Notes under the pieces: generated by a model
The model's database searches: none
Told to the model about the DNA's origin: nothing
Seen by the model: the letters and a program-made list of their open reading frames with translations, nothing else
Made by a program: the position numbers and the translations under genes
Shown here: in pieces, positions 6,435 through 16,284 of the stretch
How the letters are laid out: every line of letters starts with the position of its first letter
Position numbering within the stretch: the stretch's first letter is position 1
DNA from: a virus
Reading direction: 5' to 3' (one strand)
Length of the DNA stretch: 64,000 nucleotides
Virus record (IMG/VR): IMGVR_UViG_3300031976_000907
Location: 7,351-71,350 of that record

Positions 6435-8993
6435 TTAGGCGGATGCCGCTTGTTTTAATTCTTCTTGGGAGACGTAATTAGGTAATTTAATTTCGTCAGC
6501 CCAAGTTGGATAAAACGCAGATAATTGTCCACCTAAACCTACTTCTGGATGATATATGTCAGGCAAGTTTTGCCACTCCATACATTCAACCAAGTTATTA
6601 TTTAAATACTCGATAACGTCGATATTATCTCTGACCAGAAAATACTGAGCGTCATGGATATGCGCTACAGGTAATATGTCGTATCGGTATTTAGAGTTAA
6701 AAACACGTTCTTGCAGATCAACTGCAGCACGGTTGTTTAACAAGCCGTAGGATTGTCCCAAGGCATTACCAGCAGTACGCCCTTCTGCAAGGGCTTCTCT
6801 GGGTGCCGTATCTTCGTGCATGATGCACTTGGCAATAATGGGAGTACGCACGCGTAACCCAAATGCCACTTCAACGTAGCCAGTTTGTGAAGCTTTTTTG
6901 ATCTTTTCTGCCACCCACTGATCTGATACTTCATACAGTTTGTGGTAGTTAGTTTCGATCTGTTTGGCTTCGTCTTCTGGCATGTTCTCGTTTTTCATCA
7001 ACGTCATGTACGTGCCACCGTACGTGAGTGCAAAGGTAGGTGTCTTACTGCGCTGGCGCAGATCAGGGTACTTATCTTCGATTGAGTTGATGCTGCTTAC
7101 ACTGTTGGGATCTATGTCTGGCATTTCATCGCCAAAGTATCCATACGCACGTAGACAGTGACCATCGTAGCCATCGGTGTACACCTTAAGCTTGTTAGGG
7201 TCTTTAGTTGTCAGTGCTGAGATGCGATCCTCTAGTGAGGCAAAGTCTGCGCCCATAAAGAGCCACCCTGGTGGCGCTTCGAAGCATTTCTTAATGGGCT
7301 TGGCATAACTTGATCGAGTACTGGGGATGTTTTGCAGGTTTGGGCCTGAACTTGATAGGCGTCCAGAGACAGTCCCACCTAAGTTAAAGTTACCGTGCAA
7401 GTAATGCCATCCGGCTTTTTCGATGCTGTTATCTTCAAACGCTTTAACAAATGTGCCTAAGATTTTGTCAGCCTCAAAGAAACGAACCAACACAGTGATT
7501 AGCTCTTTAAGATGCTCGTCTTCGGTGTAGTTTGTTAGCTTCTTAAGCGTTTTGGCTCCTACAGCTGGCGCTCTTGAATCTGTCGTATCAACTACTGGAA
7601 AGTTTAGATACTCATAAAAAAGAGACTGAAGCTGGGGAGCAGAGTTAGGGTTAAACTGAATATGAGAGAAATCCTCAATCGGTTTAACCTTCTTTTTGAG
7701 TTTAGCATTGGCTTTAGTTTGCTCCTGTTCACGTAACATGTACGTGTACTCTTCGATGATTGGTGATTGATCAAAGAACTCTCGACAGCTTTGAATTTCT
7801 TGTTCAAGTTCTTGTCGGGTTTTTGCCACTGTACGGAGGTTAAGCGGCATGCCCGTCAGTTCCATTTGTAAAATGACTTTTACAGATGGCTTAAACAGTG
7901 ATTCGTAGATGTCGAGTTGATCGTCTTCAATCATATTGACGAAGTGTTTGTTAAATACGTACCACGTGCTGAGACAGTCAACGAGGTTATACTCAAGTAA
8001 CACATCTTCATCGATGAGTGAGATGTCATTAATGTCTGACTGGGCGTAGTTTCCGGCAAAAGCGTGAGCCTGATCTTTCAGGCTAAGCTTGTTGCCAGTA
8101 GTGGAATTCGTAGCCAAGTAGGTTATGAGCTTAGTGTCATGAAACCTTCTGGTTAGCTTTTGAATGCCATTTTGTTTGCCGTGTTCGTCAAGCATGTTGG
8201 ACATGTACAGAACGTAAACCAACACTTTCATATCAAAGTTGGCGTTGTGGAAGATCAACGTACCTTGATACTCATCAAAGAAGTCACGCAATAGTTTGCG
8301 TACTTCATGATTTGGGTCGTCCTTAGCAAAGTCCACACGAAACGCTGTTCCATTATGCTGATCCCAAGCAAATGCAATCGTACCAATACCTGCTTCATTA
8401 AATTGCAGTGCATAGGTTTCGATGTCACAAGTAAGCTGCGGGTATTCATGCAGTTTTAGAAGAGTGTTTTCGATGTCGAACAGTTTGGTAGGGTAATGTG
8501 CAGAATGCACAATACCCGTGCCAATCGCTTGATACTTACCCTTGATATAAGACGCTAGAGTGTCTAACGCTAAATCCAATTTAGATTGGTTTTCAGGGGA
8601 GTAGAACAGTGATTGGTAATTCGGTGCGAGGACAACGTTAAAATGTTCAAACCCGTCAACGGCACAAGGCACGACGTAGCCGTAATGTGGCTCAGCTTTG
8701 CGCTCTTTGGTAAGGGTTTTGAAGTAGTTACTATCGCAGACGAGGAGGGTAGTGATACCCAAGCTATCCAAGTCAGGTAATAGATTGGCAAGCCACTGCT
8801 TTTGAGTGGATGCTTTGACTTTCTTTGGATCATCATATTTTAGCCCTGCAGATAGCATGTGATCCGTGTCTACGTCTCGTAGTCCTAAAGGAGTGAAAAC
8901 ATACTGATCTAGATTTGGTTTACGCAATGCTGCGTCTTTAATAAGCACAGCAGTGGTAAACGATTGAGCGTTTGTATTAGTGATGTATCGCAT
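6435..8993 (-). CDS. Family A DNA polymerase (N4 gp39-like) with 3'-5' exonuclease
   Basis: Exo DIET, HNANFD, YNLVD; GRLSSSGPNLQNIP; motif A ADFASLEDR; motif B RSKTPTFALTYGG; motif C IHDA. Confidence 0.96.
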   Translation of the reverse strand: MRYITNTNAQSFTTAVLIKDAALRKPNLDQYVFTPLGLRDVDTDHMLSAGLKYDDPKKVKASTQKQWLANLLPDLDSLGITTLLVCDSNYFKTLTKERKAEPHYGYVVPCAVDGFEHFNVVLAPNYQSLFYSPENQSKLDLALDTLASYIKGKYQAIGTGIVHSAHYPTKLFDIENTLLKLHEYPQLTCDIETYALQFNEAGIGTIAFAWDQHNGTAFRVDFAKDDPNHEVRKLLRDFFDEYQGTLIFHNANFDMKVLVYVLYMSNMLDEHGKQNGIQKLTRRFHDTKLITYLATNSTTGNKLSLKDQAHAFAGNYAQSDINDISLIDEDVLLEYNLVDCLSTWYVFNKHFVNMIEDDQLDIYESLFKPSVKVILQMELTGMPLNLRTVAKTRQELEQEIQSCREFFDQSPIIEEYTYMLREQEQTKANAKLKKKVKPIEDFSHIQFNPNSAPQLQSLFYEYLNFPVVDTTDSRAPAVGAKTLKKLTNYTEDEHLKELITVLVRFFEADKILGTFVKAFEDNSIEKAGWHYLHGNFNLGGTVSGRLSSSGPNLQNIPSTRSSYAKPIKKCFEAPPGWLFMGADFASLEDRISALTTKDPNKLKVYTDGYDGHCLRAYGYFGDEMPDIDPNSVSSINSIEDKYPDLRQRSKTPTFALTYGGTYMTLMKNENMPEDEAKQIETNYHKLYEVSDQWVAEKIKKASQTGYVEVAFGLRVRTPIIAKCIMHEDTAPREALAEGRTAGNALGQSYGLLNNRAAVDLQERVFNSKYRYDILPVAHIHDAQYFLVRDNIDVIEYLNNNLVECMEWQNLPDIYHPEVGLGGQLSAFYPTWADEIKLPNYVSQEELKQAASA

Positions 8994-9517
8994 TAGATTT
9001 CCAGTGTGCGTCTGACAAGACTAGCACTGATCAGGCGAAGCGCTTGAGCGTAGGTTTGCTTGAATTCAGCGACTTGTTCTTCTGACAGTGCTTTTCTGTG
9101 CTGAGTGTCTTCTTTGGAAGAGACACCCCGTTTTTTAAGAGGTTGCAGTACCTGATGCGGTAATACGCGGAAGAAATCTTCAGTACGTTTACATTTAATC
9201 AAGGCTTGCGTGATGCAGTTATCAACCAGCATGTGTTCGTGGTGATAATCTTTTTGGGCTTGTAGGTAGTCGTTGGCAGACTCTACAAGATCAGGGTGCA
9301 AGCGATTATAGCGAAAGTCTGGAAGCCAATCATTAACTGCATAGGTTTCGCCTTTGTAGCGGAAGCCGTAGTTAAGATTGCGAGTCTTCTCGGTTTGCTG
9401 TTTACACAGTTCGGTAAGTTGTTTGAGTAGCTGCTGCTTACGCGGTTGGTACAGCCACTCCATAATATCCTGTTTAAATACGCGCCTAGCTTCAGGCGGA
9501 TAATAACTTAGGTTCAT
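8993..9517 (-). CDS. Conserved N4-like hypothetical (gp38 position)
   Basis: Lies between helicase and polymerase as in N4-like phages; likely start MNLSYY. Confidence 0.65.
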   Translation of the reverse strand: MNLSYYPPEARRVFKQDIMEWLYQPRKQQLLKQLTELCKQQTEKTRNLNYGFRYKGETYAVNDWLPDFRYNRLHPDLVESANDYLQAQKDYHHEHMLVDNCITQALIKCKRTEDFFRVLPHQVLQPLKKRGVSSKEDTQHRKALSEEQVAEFKQTYAQALRLISASLVRRTLEI

Positions 9518-10784
9518 ATTGGATACTCCCGTAATGTGGCGGCAAATTGCCGTACAGTACGACGCGCTTAGAGGCACGTGATATGGCAACGTATAGCATT
9601 CTTGCTACATCGCTACGCTCATAACACTTACCAATATCAGCAAGATCTATAAAGACTGTGTCGTATGTACTGCCTTGGCTCTTATGAACCGTACAGGCGT
9701 ACGGAGGACGCAGATCTAAAAAGTTATCTTTGATATCAAAGTATTTAGTCCACTCTTTCTTAGCCTTAAAAACTGCCAGTTTTTCTGACACTTTTTGTTG
9801 GTCATGTGGCAAGAAAGCCGTGATATCGTTGATCGTTACATACCGTCCTTCAATGTCGTAACCGCAGTCGCTGTGTGAGACGTGGCTAATGCGAACGATA
9901 GAGTCGGTTGGGATGTTCTTTTTATCAGCGATAATAGGTTTGTTGGTTTGGACGTATTCACCTTTTACGTAGTTTTCGCTCTGTCCAAATAGTTCTTCAC
10001 GAACGTATTTGTTGTAAGCGTGTACTCGTTGGTTTGTCCAAGCCAGGATGCGTACTTTGTTGGCGTCAAACTGTGGATCGGTGTATGCCTCATCAATAGC
10101 AGCTTTAAAGCTTGCGCCATCAAAGTGGCAGACGTCAGTGTTATTAACAATACAGTGTGGAAATTGATTGCTGATGACTGCCGCTTTGTAAGTGTGCGCC
10201 AGCTCTTCAATCAAACCACCATTGCGCATTACTGTAGTAAGTTGCGCAGTTTCTACGCCGTCATTAAAGACGGCTGAAGTACTGTCACTGGTGGGTAATA
10301 GTTGGTATGGATCTCCAACGTAAAGAATTTTTGCCCCTCTAGTTTTTGAGAGTATTTTTCCACGAAGTTCTTCGTTAACAAAACTGGCTTCATCGATGAT
10401 GATCAGTTCGTTAGTGTACTTCTCGGATTTAGGGGTTTGTTCTAAGCGTTGCTCTCCTGTCCTGTAGTCGTTTACAACACGTAAGCCAAGTAAGCTGTGG
10501 ATGGTTGTTGTCTCTTCACCTACTACGTCTTGCAGCACTTGCGCAGCTTTACGCGTGGTAGCAGTGAAACGAATGTCTTCTACATGAAACACATCATCAG
10601 ATAGGGATTTCACCATCATCTGTTTTACCCAGATCATCTGAAGTATGTGGCGTAGTAAAGTTGTTTTGCCTGTTCCAGCACTACCTTGTAATACAAACTC
10701 CCTACGAGAGGGGTTTGCATCAAATACAAATTCAAAGAATTTATCGGAAGCTGATTGCTGGCAGGCGTTCAGCGTGATTTCCAC
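9492..10784 (-). CDS. SF1B Dda/RecD-like DNA helicase
   Basis: GSAGTGKT, IIDEASF, GDPYQL, YACTVHKSQGST, LYVAISRA; likely GTG start after AAGGAG. Confidence 0.93.
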   Translation of the reverse strand: MEITLNACQQSASDKFFEFVFDANPSRREFVLQGSAGTGKTTLLRHILQMIWVKQMMVKSLSDDVFHVEDIRFTATTRKAAQVLQDVVGEETTTIHSLLGLRVVNDYRTGEQRLEQTPKSEKYTNELIIIDEASFVNEELRGKILSKTRGAKILYVGDPYQLLPTSDSTSAVFNDGVETAQLTTVMRNGGLIEELAHTYKAAVISNQFPHCIVNNTDVCHFDGASFKAAIDEAYTDPQFDANKVRILAWTNQRVHAYNKYVREELFGQSENYVKGEYVQTNKPIIADKKNIPTDSIVRISHVSHSDCGYDIEGRYVTINDITAFLPHDQQKVSEKLAVFKAKKEWTKYFDIKDNFLDLRPPYACTVHKSQGSTYDTVFIDLADIGKCYERSDVARMLYVAISRASKRVVLYGNLPPHYGSIQYEPKLLSA

Positions 10785-10794
10785 GATAAACTCC

Positions 10795-11940
10795 TTATAT
10801 TGGATATTCGATTTGGCTGCCAAAGGGTTCTTGCCACTGCACATCAGATTTACGAGAGTGCAATGCCCATATAACTGGCTTCTGAGGATCTTTTAGATGT
10901 TCTGTACCAAAGTATCCATCCGTGAAAATGATGGATATGTCTGGTTTACGTTGATCCAGAATTTCACACACTTCGGTTAAGTCTGTTCCTCCGCCACCTT
11001 TAAACTCAAAAGTAAGCAGTTCCTGAGCGGATTCGATTTCGACGATTTGATGTACGACGTAATCAAAGTCAATCAGCGTAAGCTTCTTTGGATTAAGGCG
11101 GGCAGCAATTTCATAGGTTTCTGATAGAAACGCCTGAAGTTGCTCATTACTAATGGATCCACTGGTATCAACGGCTATTACAATCTCGTCTAGTGACTCT
11201 GAGTAAAGCGTTGGTAAGTAGAAGTCAGGTAGAAAACGGCGGTTTACTTTTCGCAGGCTGTAATCATCGGGCGATGTCGCTTTTAAAAAGTTTTCGAGTA
11301 TCACGCCCCAAGGGAGTTTGGGATGTAATATGTCATCGATCCAGCGCTTTATCTCTTTAGGGATAGCGCCAGGATCATCAGATGTCATTTCTGCGCGAAC
11401 AGACGCTCGAATAATGATGTCTTTAATTTGCTCAGAGACGTCTTGAGACGTTTCACCTGCAGCATCGTTATTGGTTTCATCCGGTTCTTGTAAGTCAGGT
11501 ACAAAATCTGGATGTTCAGCATTTTGATCTGGATCTTGTTCAAGAGCTTCATACACTTCCTCCGATGACATTTCATCGTAGTTATAATCGAGTAGACCAC
11601 CTTCAGGCATTTTTAAGCCTTGCTTATCAAGGATCAGGTTAATGACGTAGTCACACGCCATGTTCCATAAACGGAAGTCACGTTCGTTAACGCGTAGCAT
11701 GTGCTCGAAAGCAACATGCCATGCTTCATGTAGCAGCAGAAAGATCTGCTCGTCTTTAGTGAGTGATTCCCAGAACTCTGGGTTGATTATGATATGTGTT
11801 CCATTGGTCGCAGCCGTCGGTACACTGTCACTCCACGAGAAGCGTAGAGAAAACAGTATGGTTGAGATGAACGTACTGTTCGCTTGGATCAGTACATTCA
11901 TTTTGGCTCGTTCAAGTGATTTCTCTAGCTCAGTATTCAT
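10795..11940 (-). CDS. Metallopeptidase plus vWA domain protein (DUF2201-like, N4 gp25-like)
   Basis: LLHEAWH (HExxH), MIDAS DTSGS, GGGTD, FTDG. Confidence 0.88.
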   Translation of the reverse strand: MNTELEKSLERAKMNVLIQANSTFISTILFSLRFSWSDSVPTAATNGTHIIINPEFWESLTKDEQIFLLLHEAWHVAFEHMLRVNERDFRLWNMACDYVINLILDKQGLKMPEGGLLDYNYDEMSSEEVYEALEQDPDQNAEHPDFVPDLQEPDETNNDAAGETSQDVSEQIKDIIIRASVRAEMTSDDPGAIPKEIKRWIDDILHPKLPWGVILENFLKATSPDDYSLRKVNRRFLPDFYLPTLYSESLDEIVIAVDTSGSISNEQLQAFLSETYEIAARLNPKKLTLIDFDYVVHQIVEIESAQELLTFEFKGGGGTDLTEVCEILDQRKPDISIIFTDGYFGTEHLKDPQKPVIWALHSRKSDVQWQEPFGSQIEYPI

Positions 11941-11949
11941 GGTTTACCT

Positions 11950-12972
11950 CTAGGCAAAGAACTCGACTGCCTTATCATCAATCCACTTCGATACTGAAGC
12001 GTGTGAGAATAGGGCAGGTGTGCGTTTAATCGCACCTCGTAGAGTGATGTGCTGGAATTCAGGAGGTAGTCGCTCAACATACTCCATTAGTTTCTCGGCG
12101 TTATCTGGGTTCATGTGTGCGCCTACCGCACCTGCTACTGCGTAGCGTGTGCTCGGCTCACTAGGCACAATTGTTCCAGTAGGGTTTGAGATGATGCTTG
12201 AGATTTTAGGTAGCTGTTCAAATTCTCGACAGAATGCTACGAACTCTCGCGCAACACCTTCAGACACTGTGCCTGCAATGAGTGCAATTTTGGATTGATC
12301 AATCTCTTTCCAGTTCTTGATCAAACGTGACACGAATTCCCATGTACGAGGACATGCGAAGGTTCTATCGTTGTGTGATGGGCTGAACTGATAAAGGTTG
12401 TTTGGTTTGAACTCGATGTAAGAGGTTACACGAGTATCTATGTGTGCTTTATGTGCCCACTCAAGCCATGCTTCAAAGTCAGTAGACAGTTCTAAGTGAA
12501 CAAGTCGTGACTGCATAGCAGTTGATAGACGGTTCACAATAGCGTTGTCGGTTTGCAAGTTACCTGCACACATGACAATGACGTTAGGGTGAAGCTTATG
12601 TAAGCCCACCATACGATCAAGTGTCAGTTTGTATGCGGCTGCTTGAACTGCCATTGGTGCTGAGTTGAACTCATCTAAAAACAGTAACCAACCATCTTTA
12701 CCATCAGGCAGACTATCTGTTTCTAGTGGGAAGGTGTTCATTGGCGCGTAAGACGCTTTATCACCTTCAACTCTTGGGAAGCCTAGTAGATCTGTTGGAT
12801 CACATTGGCTTAGACGCATATCAATGACGTCTAGGTTATATTCTTTGGCAATGTCGTAAACAATGCTCGATTTACCAATACCTGGTGAGCCTGTGAGCAT
12901 CGGTACAAGCCGTGCTTTGAGGCAATCAACAAGTAGCTCAGTGGCTTGTTTAGTGTTAACTGTGATGCTCAT
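11950..12972 (-). CDS. MoxR-like AAA+ ATPase (N4 gp24-like)
   Basis: GSPGIGKS, LFLDEFN, AGN, PRTW; paired with the vWA gene. Confidence 0.9.
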   Translation of the reverse strand: MSITVNTKQATELLVDCLKARLVPMLTGSPGIGKSSIVYDIAKEYNLDVIDMRLSQCDPTDLLGFPRVEGDKASYAPMNTFPLETDSLPDGKDGWLLFLDEFNSAPMAVQAAAYKLTLDRMVGLHKLHPNVIVMCAGNLQTDNAIVNRLSTAMQSRLVHLELSTDFEAWLEWAHKAHIDTRVTSYIEFKPNNLYQFSPSHNDRTFACPRTWEFVSRLIKNWKEIDQSKIALIAGTVSEGVAREFVAFCREFEQLPKISSIISNPTGTIVPSEPSTRYAVAGAVGAHMNPDNAEKLMEYVERLPPEFQHITLRGAIKRTPALFSHASVSKWIDDKAVEFFA

Positions 12973-12980
12973 AGTTCCTC

Positions 12981-13352
12981 CTACCACCAAGGGTGGTAAT
13001 AAATGGTTTTACCTTCGTTTAACAATCGCTCGATGTCGGGAATGATGTCGTTCACAAGCTCTCTGGCTTGATCAGATTCCCAATCATCGTCAGCGTAGGT
13101 AATAAAGTGATTCGCCCAGTTCTTCACATCGCTGATAGCATCAGGTGTGATGGGAATTAGGCTGCAATTTATATCGCTATCGACTTCATGGTCGTTATCC
13201 CAAAACGTTTGGGCTTCTGCGATGAAGTCATTAAGTGAGTGAAATTTACGGTGATACCCGACATCACCTAGTTCGTGCTCGTAGCCTGTCAGTGAGGCTT
13301 CAAGCTTCTCTTTAGGGGTTGGTCCAGATAACCAGTATTGGTCGAGTCCCAT
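12981..13352 (-). CDS. Hypothetical phage protein
   Basis: MGLDQY...YHRK...YYHPWW pattern; AAGGAG RBS. Confidence 0.65.
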   Translation of the reverse strand: MGLDQYWLSGPTPKEKLEASLTGYEHELGDVGYHRKFHSLNDFIAEAQTFWDNDHEVDSDINCSLIPITPDAISDVKNWANHFITYADDDWESDQARELVNDIIPDIERLLNEGKTIYYHPWW

Positions 13353-13370
13353 GTGAATCTCCTTAAAAGC

Positions 13371-13390
13371 AAAAACCCACCGGAGGTGGG
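13371..13390 (-). terminator. Terminator hairpin (UCCG-type loop)
   Basis: CCCACC/GGTGGG stem right after the stop at 13393, with U-tract. Confidence 0.65.
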
Positions 13391-13392
13391 CT

Positions 13393-13716
13393 TTACTGTT
13401 GTTTAATCCAAGGCTGTGTCAGTGCCAGTTTTCTAGCTGGGCTGAGCGTGTCCATAAAGGAAGGCGGATGCCGTGTATTATCTTTGGATTTACGCCCCCG
13501 TTTCTTGGGCTTGTAATGGCTTGGGCGATCTTCGGAAGTGGTATTAGGGTTAATACTGAGGTTGTACATAGTGGCGTACACGCAGACTGTCGATGCACTC
13601 ACACCGTAGATCTTAGCGATGTCTACGTATCGATAGTGCAAGTTTAAGTAGTTTTGGATGGTTCCGTCTTCGCATGCCATTTTAAATTTAGCAACGCGTT
13701 CTTTGCGTGTAGCCAT
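13393..13716 (-). CDS. HTH-containing hypothetical protein
   Basis: YVDIAKIYGVSASTV HTH; GGAGG RBS. Confidence 0.6.
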   Translation of the reverse strand: MATRKERVAKFKMACEDGTIQNYLNLHYRYVDIAKIYGVSASTVCVYATMYNLSINPNTTSEDRPSHYKPKKRGRKSKDNTRHPPSFMDTLSPARKLALTQPWIKQQ

Positions 13717-13724
13717 GTTACCTC

Positions 13725-14042
13725 CTAGTGTAACTCTTGCTCATCTAAGTCACCGTCAAGGTAGCTACCTAAGATGGCGGCTAATCGACTGGTGTCGTAG
13801 TTGGTTTCTTTGAGATGGTCGAAACATTCGTTGATCTCAGAGAGCAGAAGTGCTGCTAGGAATGGATCAGTTACGATTGAGTCGTCTCGGTGGTTGTAGC
13901 GCGTGCAGCTAATGATTTGATCAGCATCCAGAGTGTCTTGCTCCACCTCATAAATAGCTTCATGGATAGAGTTAGCGTTGATCTGATGCATGGTGTAAGT
14001 TTTGCGATCATCAGTGGTGTAGATCCTGTACATGTACTTCAT
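13725..14042 (-). CDS. Hypothetical protein
   Basis: 105-aa ORF with AGGAG RBS. Confidence 0.55.
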   Translation of the reverse strand: MKYMYRIYTTDDRKTYTMHQINANSIHEAIYEVEQDTLDADQIISCTRYNHRDDSIVTDPFLAALLLSEINECFDHLKETNYDTSRLAAILGSYLDGDLDEQELH

Positions 14043-14232
14043 GGTTTTTAATTAGCTCCTGTACGTGTTTGATAAGCGTGTTGTGATACACGTCGATGGC
14101 TTCATTGATGTCATGTCGGTGACTATCTGTGAGCACGGTGTGTGCCAGTTCTAGAGCCTCATCAAGGCTGCTTAGAGTAGGCGACAGGCGGAATTTCATT
14201 TGTTCGAGTTGGGTTTGTAGGTTCATAGGCAT
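14011..14232 (-). CDS. Hypothetical protein (N4-like small early/middle gene)
   Basis: 73 aa, with SLDEAL...VYHNTL pattern. Confidence 0.55.
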   Translation of the reverse strand: MPMNLQTQLEQMKFRLSPTLSSLDEALELAHTVLTDSHRHDINEAIDVYHNTLIKHVQELIKNHEVHVQDLHH

Positions 14233-14283
14233 TCATAGAGGTTAGTTATCAAGACAGCTGCCGGAGGCAGCCGTTTAGGGAAT

Positions 14284-14309
14284 AAAAAAAAAGCCACCCG
14301 AAGGTGGCT
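14284..14309 (-). terminator. Rho-independent terminator (UUCG loop)
   Basis: AGCCACC-TTCG-GGTGGCT followed by a long U-tract on the minus strand. Confidence 0.8.
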
Positions 14310-14314
14310 AATTG

Positions 14315-14776
14315 TTATGGTCGTTTATTCATTTTGGGCTTTTCGGTAAACCAGTAAGTGTTACCTTGGCTGTCGAAGCAAGCCCAAGTAGCATCTGGCG
14401 GTGCGTCATCCCAATTGGGTGCATAAGGTTTAACTCTTGCATTATCGATCCACTCAAGAATCTCATCGAGGGATTTGCGCCCTAAATTAGGGATTTCAGC
14501 AAAGTCATAGCCAGCATTAAATGCGTTAAGTACTTCCTCTTTTGTGTGGAAGTCATAACTACGTAAAGCGTTTGCAGCACGTGTAGATAGTTCAGCTTGT
14601 AATGGAGTTTGCGGGTAGCGTGACGGGCGTAAGTGGGATCGAACTAACTCTCCTACCCGTTGTGCTGTGATGCCAAAATGTGCGCCTATTTGCCCATAGG
14701 TAAACCCATTTTGATACATTTCAGCCATAGCTTCTCTACGTGCTAAGCTTTTTTGTTTAATCTCAAGCGCCTTCAT
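14315..14776 (-). CDS. Sigma-region-4-like HTH plus RNAP alpha-CTD-like domain protein
   Basis: TYGQIGAHFGITAQRVGEL; ELSTRAANAL...IPNLGRKSLDEI resembles alpha-CTD ELTVRSANCL...TPNLGKKSLTEI. Confidence 0.75.
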   Translation of the reverse strand: MKALEIKQKSLARREAMAEMYQNGFTYGQIGAHFGITAQRVGELVRSHLRPSRYPQTPLQAELSTRAANALRSYDFHTKEEVLNAFNAGYDFAEIPNLGRKSLDEILEWIDNARVKPYAPNWDDAPPDATWACFDSQGNTYWFTEKPKMNKRP

Positions 14777-14792
14777 AAAGTTCGGTTCCTCT

Positions 14793-14817
14793 AAAAAATA
14801 TGCCCTCCGAAGAGGGC
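14793..14817 (-). terminator. Terminator after RNAP2
   Basis: GCCCTC-TTCG-GAGGGC followed by ATATTTTTT on the minus strand. Confidence 0.6.
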
Positions 14818-14843
14818 GAAGTATATCAGCATTGCTGAGAGGC

Positions 14844-16040
14844 TTAACTCAATGCGTAATTGCTGTTAGCAATATACGTGGAGAGATTTGGTTCAAATTT
14901 GTTGATATGAACGTGGTAGCCACGTACTTGTGAGAGCAGATCAGAGAGTAATTCACTGTCAGCCAGTTCACAGAACATGTCACGGTACGTTTCACGCAGT
15001 CTTTGCATATTGTTAGGGTGGCATTTGAATTCATCATGTACACACACAACAGGGAAGGGCTTATGCGTTAGACACTTTTCAATCATTGCTTTTAAGCGAA
15101 TGAGCGTACTAAAGCTGTAAGCCACTAGGTTGGTATGATTGATCTCATCGACAAGCTTTAAGCTTACGAATTCAGACGTATCGACAACTGCAATCTCAAT
15201 ATCTTGTAGATACTCATCCAGTAGCTCGTGAACACGAGTCAATTGGGCTGGATTGTAGTTACAGCGACGATTCATCTCACGCACTAACATACCGTCAATT
15301 GAGTGGACAATGTTAGCGGCGATCGACAAGCCTGATTCAGTGCCTACGTTCTCATAGAAGCGGTGAGTGAACGTCATGTGATCGAGTTCATCGATCTCTA
15401 CTTTCACATCGACTGCGTCCATTACCTTACATTTGGCTTCAAAGCCATCAGGTAGAACCCATTCATGGCTCAATTCGAACGGTTGCCAAGATTCAAGCAG
15501 TTTATCCATGACATCGACTGCACCAGGAGCGATAGTCGCTTGTGCCTGGTAGAAGCATTCCAGTTCTACAGTATCTTCACCAAAGATCTCTTTTGGCTTC
15601 GCATTAGAGCCATAGAAGTGAGTCATTAGAGCTTGTTTAACGTCTTTACGTGCTGGCGCTACAGATACGCCATGCTGTTTAAGCAAGTCGTTCATTACAG
15701 CAGTGCAATGCGTGTAGATATCAGCACGAGTGGTAGGATCAATCAGTCCTGTATTGGTACATGTCTCTGGATCACCAATGAGCGTACCCATTATTTGTAA
15801 TCCGCTACTGCAAGCGTCCAGACCCACCATGTGTCCGGTTGGTTGTCCATTTTGAGCAGCACGAAGTGCCATCACACCGGCTAGAAACAGTGGAGCGTCA
15901 TCTGCTTTATCAATGAGTCCTTCTAGCTCATCAATGTGGGTATCAACCCAAGCAATACGGGCTTCAAACAGCTCTTTGTCCATACCAAAGGCGTTCGCAA
16001 TATCAATCTTGATGTATTCGAATCCAGTAAATGTTTGCAT
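14844..16040 (-). CDS. N4-like RNA polymerase II subunit 2 (gp16-like)
   Basis: MQTFTGFEYIKIDIAN start; LDACSSGLQ, RKDVKQALMTHFYG, ANIVHSIDG, VHDEF. Confidence 0.95.
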   Translation of the reverse strand: MQTFTGFEYIKIDIANAFGMDKELFEARIAWVDTHIDELEGLIDKADDAPLFLAGVMALRAAQNGQPTGHMVGLDACSSGLQIMGTLIGDPETCTNTGLIDPTTRADIYTHCTAVMNDLLKQHGVSVAPARKDVKQALMTHFYGSNAKPKEIFGEDTVELECFYQAQATIAPGAVDVMDKLLESWQPFELSHEWVLPDGFEAKCKVMDAVDVKVEIDELDHMTFTHRFYENVGTESGLSIAANIVHSIDGMLVREMNRRCNYNPAQLTRVHELLDEYLQDIEIAVVDTSEFVSLKLVDEINHTNLVAYSFSTLIRLKAMIEKCLTHKPFPVVCVHDEFKCHPNNMQRLRETYRDMFCELADSELLSDLLSQVRGYHVHINKFEPNLSTYIANSNYALS

Positions 16041-16054
16041 AGGTTTCTCCTCAC

Positions 16055-16074
16055 AAAAGGGCACGGAGGTGCCC
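16055..16074 (-). terminator. Terminator-like hairpin upstream of RNAP2
   Basis: GGGCAC/GTGCCC stem with short U-tract. Confidence 0.5.
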
Positions 16075-16092
16075 CTTGATTGTCCGGTTTAG

Positions 16093-16284
16093 TTATTCCA
16101 TGAAATGGTTGGTTTGTTTGCGTAGCGCAACGATTTCTTGATCGATTTGGGCGATCTTTCGCTTATCTTGGTAGTAAGCTTGCCCATCTGCGTAAGGCAG
16201 TACCTCTAAGATGCTTTTTCTCTGTTTTTCCAGACTGGAAATCTTGTTTGAGAGTTCAGTCAGTACTGCTTGGTAATTACTCAT
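16093..16284 (-). CDS. Small coiled-coil hypothetical protein
   Basis: 63 aa, ATGA overlap with the upstream gene. Confidence 0.55.
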   Translation of the reverse strand: MSNYQAVLTELSNKISSLEKQRKSILEVLPYADGQAYYQDKRKIAQIDQEIVALRKQTNHFME

